A DNA stretch of 64,000 nucleotides, from NCBI RefSeq assembly GCF_009914755.1, contig NC_060930.1; one strand, written 5' to 3'. Both the position numbers and the translations under genes were made by a program. The DNA comes from the human T2T-CHM13v2.0 reference genome, Homo sapiens. Shown here piece by piece: positions 45,319 to 58,470 of this stretch. The notes under the pieces were generated by a model. It was not told the DNA's origin, ran no database searches, and was given only the letters and a program-made list of their open reading frames with translations. Each line of letters begins with the position of its first letter. The stretch's first letter is position 1.

Positions 45319-46104
45319 AAAATAACAGAGGCTGGCATGTTTGGAGAGAAAAAGGAATACTTATACAGGGTTAGGAGTATAAATTAATTCAACCATTGTG
45401 GTGATTCCTCAAAGAGCTAAAAGCAAAACTAACATTTGACCCAGAAATTCCATTGCTCGTTATATACCCAAAGGATTAAAAATTATTCTATCATAAAGAC
45501 ACATGCACATATATGTTCATTGCAGCACTATTTACAACAGCAAAGACATGGAATCAACCTAAATGCCCTCTGATGGCAGATTGGAAAAAGAAAATGTGGT
45601 ACATACACACCATGCAATACTATGCAACCATAAGAAAGAATATCATGTTATTTACAAGAACTTAGTTAAATCTGGAGGCCATTATCCTTAGCAAACTAAT
45701 GCAGAAACAGAAAATGAAATACCACATGTTCTCACTTATAAGTGGGAACTAAATGATGAGAGCACATGAACACAAAAAGGGGAACAACAGACACTAAAGC
45801 CTACTTGAGGATGGAGGGTGGGAGGAGGTAGAGGATCAGAAAAAATAACTATTTGGTACTAGGCTTACTACCTGGCTGACTAAATAATCTGTACACCAAA
45901 CCTGTGAGTCACAAGTTTACCTATATAACAAACCTGCACATGTACGCTGAACCTAAAATAAAAGTTTAAAAAATTAAAATATGAATTTCAAAAGAAATTA
46001 TATAAATAGAGCAGACAATCCTCTGTAGATCTGGAACCATTTGATGGCTGCTACGTATATGAAATTGCCTGAATCATATTTGCTTTACTTAGACATAAAA
46101 TCAG

Positions 46105-46212
46105 TGTTAATTACAATTTAAAATACCTTCACAGCAATGTCTAGACTAGTATTTGACCAAATAACTTGCCACAATAGTCTAGCCAAGTGACATGTAAGAT
46201 TAACCATCATCA
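46105..46212 (-). mobile_element. MLT2 LTR, remaining part after the L1 insertion
   Basis: 'aaataccttcacagcaatgtctagactagtatttgaccaaa..tagccaagtgacatgtaagattaaccatca'. Confidence 0.85.
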
Positions 46213-47720
46213 CAGCTCTCCATGGCAAATAAAAGAATTTCTTTTAGTAGTATCTGGTTGAGTGGAGTACATATTATGAGCACAGTGTAAATGCATGAAT
46301 ATAGCATTACAGATACTTAGACACTGTAAGAGATTGAAGTTATTTTTTGTTGTGATACCAAAAATATTTCATAGTGCTTTTTCATACACATAGAAGAAAC
46401 TACAGAATCATTAAAATTTTGTAATTAAATTACTTGTAGAGGTGAATTGATATGTTTTTATGAGTACAGCATAATTGACAATTTTTAAATTTTACTTCCT
46501 TATAATTCAATCCTTTTCTTGGTTCACTTTTTAAAAAATTCTTACCTATTGTTTGAAATTCTTTCAAGTGATGATTTACCCTGTCTGTTGAACTCTGTGG
46601 CAGTTTTGCATATGGTGGCTCTTCAGTGTGCTTTTCAATAATTATTAGCATAGGAATTAAAATGACAATTGGGCTGGAAGGAAAATATTGATGGCCATCA
46701 TTTGCATTTCAGACACAACTGTTGAAGGTACAATCTTTAAAATGAAACTTCATCCCTAAGGCTAGAAAATATGAGATTATTCTTTTAATTCTCACCAAGG
46801 ATATAGTTTATTTTCTCATCAGCTCATGGATCTTTGCTCTGCCACAAGCTCTGTAAGTATATCAGTGATTAAGTGAAACAGCCAATGATAAAAGTATAGC
46901 ATTGACTGCTGGAGGCCATTGCTATTTCCCTCCGCCTCCCCCTTGGACTACAACATTGAACTATTGATTCATTATTAATAGCTTTTTAGCCTCAAAGCAA
47001 ACTTTTACTGTTACATTGCTGTATTCTGAAGATGGCAAAAACAAAAGAAGTCATCCTTCAGATCAGCATGTTTTCCTTCTTGTAAAAGTTTCCAAAATGT
47101 ATTCATAGCAGTGTCTTGCTCAGAGTTCCAGCACTTTGTATTCTCCAGGAAGATTTATTCAGGCTAAATTATGAGATGATATTCAGCCAGTGCGTTTTCT
47201 ACCATTTCCTGCAAATGTCCATCATGGCATTCTCAAATGAATTTGCTTGGTACAAAAGTGACAATTGATTGTGAATAAGTTTTACTTTTTCTAGCAAGCT
47301 CTTCATTGAGTATAATTACACGGTCTAGGGACAAATATTTTGAAATATATTGATATTCAGTTTTTCTCCTATTCTTATCAGATGGACATATAGTAAGAAA
47401 TCTGTTCCAAAAGGATTCATAAATACCGAATAAGAGTGCCTGTGAGGATTGCTTACAGCTATAAATGGTTTATAGAGACAAGATTTAAAATTCATTGGAT
47501 CTCTGTTAAAAATAATATTGTTAGTGTGTTGGATAGATCAAAGGTTTGAGCTATCATGAGGCAGAGTGTTTCACCTCTAGCTCAGTGATATGATTCTCTT
47601 TCAAACCGTCCTTAATTTAAAGACCGAGAAGTGAGTTTTCTCTCTGTACACTTCCAAGTAAAAAAGCAATGTTAGTAAATACAAGTAAAAAATAAAAAAA
47701 AAAAAAATTATGCTCCAAAT

Positions 47721-47767
<47 letters not shown>
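47721..47767. repeat. (TC)n(CA)n microsatellite
   Basis: Seen directly. Confidence 0.95.
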
Positions 47768-47768
<1 letters not shown>

Positions 47769-49061
47769 CTTTAATTAGATTATTATTTATAATCTAAGAA
47801 AAAATAAAAGAAAAATAAAGGACTTTGCTTGTTATGGCATAATGTCATCCAATAAAATAACTGAATAATTTTACCAGGAAATTGTGCTCTTTTTGAGGTT
47901 TGCAAGTGTTTTTCCATCCAAAATATCTGCATAAAAGTTTTCATGTATTTCCTATTTATCTAAAATATAAAAAGCAAAGAAAATATAGTTTCCTTTTAGT
48001 CATGCTCTAATATCTGTCCCAATTGTTCTTATCTTCTGAGTGCATCCTAACCTTTTTGTCTGTAAGTTCATTGTAATTCTCATGGCTCTTAGCATACAGC
48101 ATTACAAATTTCTCAACAACCTGCTTAGTTCCACTCTGTGCATTGTGTTTATTTCAAATCATATAAATTGGTGTCAATTCTGTTATTAAAAACATGGAAA
48201 GAATAAGACCTTGCTTTTTATAAATTTCTTCATTTATCTCAGTATTTAATGACCTTTGCAAAGAGAAGGAGGTTTTAATTTATTTTGAGCCTAAATCCTA
48301 ACTTTGTGATTTAAGCTTAGTTTATTTCTTATAATAAATATTTATATATATATGATGATTATAGTCAGTCTCCTTACTGCCCAAATTAGAGACAGCCTCA
48401 ATTTTGTAAAATGCCTTTTTTTTAAAAAACAAATTTTAGCACCATCTGTGGTTTAAGTCCCTTTATTTCAGTTCCAGCTGCATACATGCAATTCTACTCA
48501 CTAGCTATGTCAAATTTTGTCTTCTTAGATGATCAATCAGTTATACTTCCTTCATTCTATATTAAAGTAGTATAGCCCTTTCATTTTTACTAAGTAATGC
48601 TTGTTATAATATTTCCAAGTGGCTCCAACTATCCTGAGCTAGCTAGAGAAAATAACATATTTTGAAATATAATCACTTCTAAAGCCTTGTTAGGTGTTGG
48701 TCAAGATAAAAAACCATTAACTTGTCTTCAAAATTTCCATGTGTAGCCGTGAGTACAAAAGAGAATTTACATTTAAAAAATGTAGACTTTCAGAAAACAA
48801 ACCAAACTTTAAGGGATAATTTTCATTTGTCTTTGAAGTGTGACAAAACAGAAAAATGACTAATAAAAACCAAGAAATGAGATACTTTGAAGAAGGACAT
48901 AGTAAATCATGAAATTCTGCAGAGACAGGAATACAGAGGCAGAAGAAAGATTACTTATTCTGTTATAAGAAAATCGTGGGTAATATTAGTGTAATTTCAT
49001 TAAAGTGGCATGTAAGTTAAATAAAGTTTGTGTGGGAGGAAGAAAGAAGCATGTGAAAACA

Positions 49062-49399
<338 letters not shown>

Positions 49400-50393
49400 T
49401 CATCTTAGCCCCCAGAAATGTCAACATGCTATCAGTAAGATGCAAACATGTTTCTGATTTTTAGTGAGGCCCCGGATGAAGTTAAGCAGTATGAGTTTGT
49501 ATTAAATTCAATAGACAAAATTAAAAAAATGTATCTGATAATGTTTAGGAGACTGAATTTAGAGGGGGAGAACATGAAGAAGAGTGTTGAATTAGCAAAT
49601 AAGGAGACAAAGTTTTATAGAGCAAGGAGCCTTATAAGGCACATATTTATTTATTTATTGAATCTTATGACTAAGGGCTTGGAGGAATGAGGGACTCACA
49701 GTCTTGCTGATGAGGCAGAGGGAGTAATGGGGAAAGGAGATAGATGGGTGCAGTCCCAGAGAAGAACTACAGTATTATAGACATTGAAGACAGTATATTT
49801 ACAACCAAGCTAGGGGTGGAGGAATGACAGTGAAGTAGAGTGGAGATGGAAAGCACTAGGGCTTCCTCCCTTCCAGCAGGAGAAATTTCTCTCTTTCTGA
49901 TAGAGATTACTATCTCCATCTGTGCTGTGTATAACTCAGGCAAACTGCCTCAATCCATCATCCCTCCTCCTCCTCAAGCTCTGGGCTATTTTCCTGTGGC
50001 TTCTTTAGCAGATAAGCATATACACCAGTTAAAAACACTTCTATCATGGAAGGAAGAAAGGAAACAAAAAGGAAATGTGATGGTCAACTTTATGTGTCAA
50101 CTTGGAAAATGTTTTTGAATGAAATTTACAGTTATATCAGTGAACTTTCAGTAAGCAAATGGCCCTCCGTAACATGTGTGGACCTCATGCATTCTGTTGA
50201 AGGCCTGAATCTAATAAAAAGACCCACCTCCCAAACAAGAAGAAATTGTCCAGCAGATTGCTTTCAGATTAGAATTGTACCATGGGCTCCTCTGGGTCTC
50301 AAGCCTGGCATCCCACACTACATTTGGACTTCCCAGTCTCCATAATCATTTCTATAATCATGTGAGTCAGTCTATATATACACACACACATAT

Positions 50394-50909
50394 TGTGAAA
50401 GTTGTCAAATTAAAATAGAGTCAGTTGTGTCATATCCTGGCAAAACAGAGCTGGCAAAGGCCATGAAGGGAGGGCTCTCATGCACAATTTGCCTGATAAC
50501 AGAAACTATCACAAGAAATTTTTCCAAACCACAGCTTACTGCATGAGTCACACAAAGACAGATAGCAGCACAAGGACAGCTAGCTGCTTATACAAAAACA
50601 TTTGCCTGACACACTGTCTCACAAGCCCAATCCTATGAAACAGCCTGCTGTAGCTAAGATTACAAGTTTTATCTAGCAACTGCCACCACTCACCAATCAC
50701 AGCTTGCCAGCTCCCAAAAGACATTCTGACACCAGTAAGCTTATCTTTTCCCAGTGAAATCCTGTTTATCCTTTGTTCTCCAGACATACTGGAGACCACC
50801 CTGATCTGTATGTGTGTCCTGAATTGCAATCCTATTTCTAGTATGTTATTCCCAAATAAAAGAAAAAAAACTTTTTACTTAGAGATTTGTCTCTCTATAT
50901 TTTATGTTG

Positions 50910-50912
<3 letters not shown>
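50394..50912 (+). mobile_element. MER34/MER39-like ERV1 solo LTR nested in MLT2
   Basis: 'tgtgaaagttgtcaaattaaaatagagtca..ggccatgaagggagggctctcatgcac'; AATAAA near 50855; end 'tatattttatgttgac'. Confidence 0.8.

Positions 50913-50956
<44 letters not shown>
50913..50956. repeat. (TG)n microsatellite
   Basis: Seen directly. Confidence 0.95.
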
Positions 50957-50958
<2 letters not shown>

Positions 50959-51044
50959 TATTGGTTCTGTATCTCTGGAGAACCCTTACTAATTCAGGAA
51001 GGAAGAAAGGAAATAATCTAGCATGGAACTCCAGTTTCAATTTC

Positions 51045-51400
51045 TGTATTCGTTAGGTCAAGGAATACTAGTTCTTATATGAAAACAAATACATGATCAA
51101 GGAGTTCTGTGACTTAATATAACATGTATTTCTCAATAAAAATCTGATGTAGTTATTCTTGGTAGCATGATTCTTTGGGAATTTTTCCTTTTATCAAATA
51201 CTCCAGGATTCAAGCTGTTCCAATTTAGGATGCTACCTTAAATACCTCTCTCATCGAGGCCTGTATCCAGCTGAATTTGAGGAAATAGCAAGAAAGTGAA
51301 GGAGATTTTGAGATATTTTAGAGAACATCTAGAAATGCTATACATTATTTCTGTTCATAGTCCATTGGTCAGAAATAATCACTTGGCCATACATAAAATC
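51045..51400. mobile_element. Old MLT1-like LTR remnant
   Basis: 'tgtgacttaatataacatgtatttctc' and 'catagtccattggtcagaaataatcacttggcca' are MLT1-type motifs. Confidence 0.45.
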
Positions 51401-52544
51401 AAGATGAGCTTTTTACTCTTTTCACATACCCAGTACGCAATAAATTATTACTTAAACACATCAGATACTTATGCCACAGTAGTCATAATTTTTAGTGAAA
51501 GAAATATATATGAAGTATATCATTATTGCTTGTTAATACCATTCTCAGGTAGGGCATATTTATATTTTTATACAGTTTTTCTGTTTTCTTTAGAATTAGT
51601 CATTTTGCTTTTGTGTTTTTTCTGTATTACTCTTATTAACTAATTTCCAATCTCTAAAGTAAATATAAATCTTAAGATAATCAAACATATCACATTCTAT
51701 TAATTTCATTTTCTTGAAGATATTTCTCCTATATAAAATTTCTCACTCATAATCTTGACTATTTACTTCCTTTTTGTCACCTATAGTTTTCATTCTAGGG
51801 CCTTTTTTGATTGTGATCAGTATTATCTCTTTTCCTGCTCTCTCTCTTTTTTTTATCCTGTTAATTTTTGTTGTCATTTTGTCCTTTTACTGTATTCACT
51901 TGAGCTTCAATACACATGTTCAATCAACAGTCTTAAAACACAAGCTAACTATATTACATTTACCTCCTGAAATTTCTTTACCCTTCATTTAGACATGCTG
52001 AATTCTTTGTAGTTCTAAACTTGTCATGTTATGTCATTCCTTCCTGACATTTGCAATACTGATCTCTCCAGCAAAATCAATCTTTGAATATTTGAAAGTT
52101 GGAGTGTAATTATTAGCTCCCTCTCTTCTATTTGACAAAATATTTTCCATTAAAAATCATGAAATGAGATGATCAATTTTAATGGCCAGAAAAAAAAGAA
52201 AACAAAACAAAATACCACAATCTTCTTGAAGGTTGTTTACATAATCATGCTAGTAAAAAACAGAGAGAAAAAACACACTAAAATAATTCTATAGTATGAT
52301 AAAATAACTGATTAATAATTTTGATTAAATTAATATATATTTTAAATGGGGATTATATTTATATATTGGCTTGTTGATGTCTTAATAGCATTATTCTTCC
52401 TATTTTGAAACCTTAATCCCTACAAGTTTGTCATAGATTTCATCACAGTTTATCTTCTTTGCAAAAGGTACAAGGAACTAAGCATACTTCTTTTTGTATT
52501 TTTTAGCAAAAGGCTTCTAAAAAGCCTATGCAGAATTTTTGAAG

Positions 52545-53695
52545 CATGGTCTGTGAATATGATGGAATATCACTCTCATGAATAGGTAACTAATCTCTTA
52601 ACTTTGAGTTAATCAAAATGAAGCTGAATGTGGGTGGTCCTGACCTAATCAGATGAGCCTTTAATAAAAGAAGCATCGTTGAGGCATTCTGCTGGCCTGG
52701 AATATGCAGCCTTCATAATGTCTACAGCTGAAAGGAAATTGAATTTGGTAATAATCTTTTGAGCTTGGAAGAAAAGCCCAAACTCCAGATGAGATTACAG
52801 CCTAGCTGATGTCTTGATTTCAGCCTGTGACACCCTGAGCAGAGAGTTCAATTATGCTGTTCCCATTCTTCTAATTCTACTCCCACAAAATCTCTGAGAT
52901 TATAAATGAATGCTGTTTAATTTTAATTTTTATTTTTCAATCTGGGGTACATGTGCAGGATGTGCAGGTTTGTTACATAGGTAAATGTGTGCAATGGTGG
53001 TTTGCTGCACCTATTAACCCATCACCTAGGTACAAAAACAGACACATAGACCGATGAAACAGAATAGAGAACTCAGAAATAAGATTGCATATCTAAAACT
53101 ATCTGATCTTTGACAAACCTGACACAAACAAGCAATGGAGAAAAAATTCTGTATTTAATATATGGTGCTGGGAGAACTGACTATTCATTTGGAGAAAATT
53201 GAAACTGGATCCCTTCCTTACACTTCATACAAAAATTAACTCAAGAGGGATTAAAGGCTTAAATGTAAACTCCCAAACTATCAAAACTCTAGAAGAAAAT
53301 CTAGGCAATACCATTCAGAACATAGGCATGGGCAAAGGTTTCATGATGAAATCGCCAAAAGCAATTGCAACAAAAGCAAAAATTGACACATGGGTTATAA
53401 TTAAACTAAAGAGCTTCTGCACAGCCAAAAAAAGAAAAAATCTACCATCAGAGTGAACAGGAGACCTATAGAATGGGAGAAAGGTTTTACAATCTATCCT
53501 CTTACAAAGGTCTAATACGCAGAGTCTACAAGGAACTCAAACAAATTTACAAGAAAAAAAAAACATTAAAAAATACGCAAAGGTCATGAACAGACACTTC
53601 TCAAAAGAAGACATTCATGCAGCCAACAAACATATGAATGTTGTTTTAAGCCACTGAGTTGGTAGTAATTTGTTATGCGGCCATAGAAAACTAAA
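52545..53695 (+). mobile_element. MLT1E-like LTR interrupted by an L1
   Basis: 'ctgtgaatatgatggaatatcact..gacctaatcagatgagccttt..tccagatgag..' resumes as 'tgttttaagccactgag..ccatagaaaactaa' after 53634. Confidence 0.85.
52921..53633 (-). mobile_element. Twin-primed L1PA insertion: ~110 bp 3' tail (-) plus ~600 bp inverted ORF2 (+)
   Basis: 3'UTR end on minus strand 52921-53032; ORF 53199-53456 (+); TSD atgaatgctgtttaa 52906-52920 / atgaatgttgttttaa 53634-53649. Confidence 0.9.
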
Positions 53696-53704
53696 AAAAA
53701 CCAA

Positions 53705-56216
<2,512 letters not shown>

Positions 56217-56442
56217 AAAGCTAGTGTGATTTCTTACCTCCAAATGACCACACTAGCTCCCCGGCAAGTTTTTATTTGGCTGTTCTCTGTCAGACTGAAG
56301 AGGCTGAAATGACAAACACAGAATTCCAAATCTGGATAGCAAAGGAGGTCAGTGACATAATAGAAGACTGAAATCCAATCCAAGAAAAGCAGTAAAATGG
56401 TCCAAGATTAGAAAGAAGACAAAGCCATTTTAAGAAAGAACT

Positions 56443-56749
56443 GGCCAGGCGCAGTGGCTCATGCCTCCCAGCACTTTGAGAGGCCGAGGAAGGTGGATCA
56501 CCTGAGGTCAGGAGTTCGAGACCAGCCTGACCAATATGGTGAAACCTCATCTCTACTAACAATACAAAAATTAGCCGGGTGTGATGGTGGGTGCCTGTAA
56601 TCCCAGCTGTTTGGGAGGCTGAGGCAGAGGATTGCTTGAACCTGGGAAGCGAAGGTTGCAATGAGCCAAGATTGCGCCACTGCACTCCAGCCTGGGTGAC
56701 AGAGTGAGACTCCATTTCAAACAAAAAACAAAACAAAACAAAACAAAAA
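56443..56749 (+). mobile_element. AluS with (AAAAC)n tail
   Basis: Alu dimer inside L1 ORF1. Confidence 0.93.
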
Positions 56750-57809
56750 TACTAAACTTCTGGAAATAAAAAATTCACTACAGGAATTTCAGAATGCAAT
56801 TGGAAGCACTAATAACAGAATAGACCAAGCTGAAGAGAGAATCTCAGAGCTCAAAGACCACTCCTTTGAATCAACACAGGAAGACAAAAATAAAGAAAAA
56901 AGAATTGAATGAAATGAACTCCAACAAATATGGGATTGCCTAAACTCATTGGCATTCTAGAAAGAGATGGACAGACAGCAGGCAACTTGAAAACATATTC
57001 GGTATATTGTCTTGAAAATTTCCCCAACCTTGCTAGAGAGGTCCACATGCAAATTCAAGAAATTCAGAGAACCCCTGCAAGAACTATACAAGACAACTAT
57101 CTTAAAGACACATAGTCATCAGATTCTCCAAAGTAACTGTGAAACAAAAAATCTTAAAGGCAGCTGGAGAGAAGGGGCAGGTCACGTACAAAGGGAACCC
57201 TATGAGGGTAATAGCAGAACTTTCAGGAGAAACCTTACAAGCCAGAAGGGATTGGTGGCCTATATTTTGCATCCTTATAGGAAATAAATTCAAAACAAGA
57301 ATTTCATATCCAGCCAAACTAAGCTTCATCAGTGAAGGAGAAATAAAATCCTTTTCAGACAATCATATGCTAAGGGAATTCATTACCACAAGATCTGCCT
57401 TACAAGAGGTCCTTAAGAAAGTGCTAAACCTAAAAATGAGAGACCATTACCTGCCATCAAAAATACACACTTAAATATATAGCCCACTAGCACTATAAAG
57501 CAATTCTACAATCAAGTCTACGTAACAACCAGCTATGACAGTATCAAGTTCTCACATATTAATACTAACCTTGAATGTAAATGAGCTAAATGCCCCACTT
57601 AAAAGACAAACAGTGAGAAGTTTGATAAAGAAGCAAGGCCCAACTGTATGCTGTCTTCACAAGACCTGTCTCACATACAGTGACACCCAGATGCTCAAAG
57701 TAAAGGGTGAGAAATGATCTATCAATCTAATACAAGACAACAAAGAGCAGGGGTTGCTATTCTTACTTCAGACAAAACAGACTTTAAAGCAATAATGATT
57801 TAAAAGGAA

Positions 57810-58470
57810 TATGAGATGGTATCTCATTGTGGTTTTGATTTGCATTTCTCTGATGGCCAGTGATGATGAGCATTTTTTCATGTGTCTTTTGGCTGCATAA
57901 ATGTCTTCTTTTGAGAAGTGTCTGTTCATATCCTTCGCTTACTTGTTGATGGGGTTGTTTGTTTTTTTCTTGTAAATTTGTTGGAGTTCATTGTAGATTC
58001 TGGATATTAGCCCTTTGTCAGATGAGTAGATTGCAAAAATTTTCTCCCATTCTGTAGGTTGCCTGTTCACTCTGATGGTAGTTTCTTTTGCTGTGCAGAA
58101 GCTCTTTAGTTTAATTAGATCCCATTTGTCAATTTTGTCTTTTGTTGCCATTGCTTTTGGTGTTTTAGACATGAAGTCCTTGCCCATGCCTATGTCCTGA
58201 ATGGTATTGCCTAAGTTTTCTTCTAGGGTTTTTACGGTTTTACGTCTAACATGTAAGTCTTTAACCCATCTTGAATTAATTTTTGTATAAGGTGTAAGGA
58301 AGGGATCCAGTTTCAGTTTTCTACCTATGCCTAGCCAATTTTCCCAGCACCATTTATTAAATAGGGAATCGTTTCCCCATTTCTTGTTTTTGTCAAGTGT
58401 GTCAAAGATCAGATGGTTGTAGATACGTGGCATTATTTCTGAGGGCTCTGTTCTGTTCCATAGGTCTATA
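57810..58470 (-). mobile_element. Internal ORF2 fragment of a young L1 (L1PA3-like), no polyA, no TSD
   Basis: ORF 57939-58433 (-) near-consensus ORF2p '[27 protein letters not shown]'; variants 'gacttacatgttag' and 'catcaacaagt'. Confidence 0.9.

Larger units (their letters stand above)
42454..45980 (+). mobile_element. L1PA15/16-like element with 5'UTR joined directly to mid-ORF2 (ORF1 and EN domain missing)
   Basis: 5' terminus 'ggctggccaagatggttgactaga'; jump at ~43210 to 'gatccatcacaat..'; ORFs 43323-44604; 3' end 'aacctaaaataaaagtttaaaaaa'. Confidence 0.9.
50076..50996 (+). mobile_element. MLT2 solo LTR (TG..CA) interrupted by a MER34-like LTR
   Basis: Start 'tgtgatggtcaactttatgtgtcaacttgg', end 'cctattggttctgtatctctggagaacccttactaattca'; 5-bp TSD ggaaa/ggaag. 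Confidence 0.9.
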
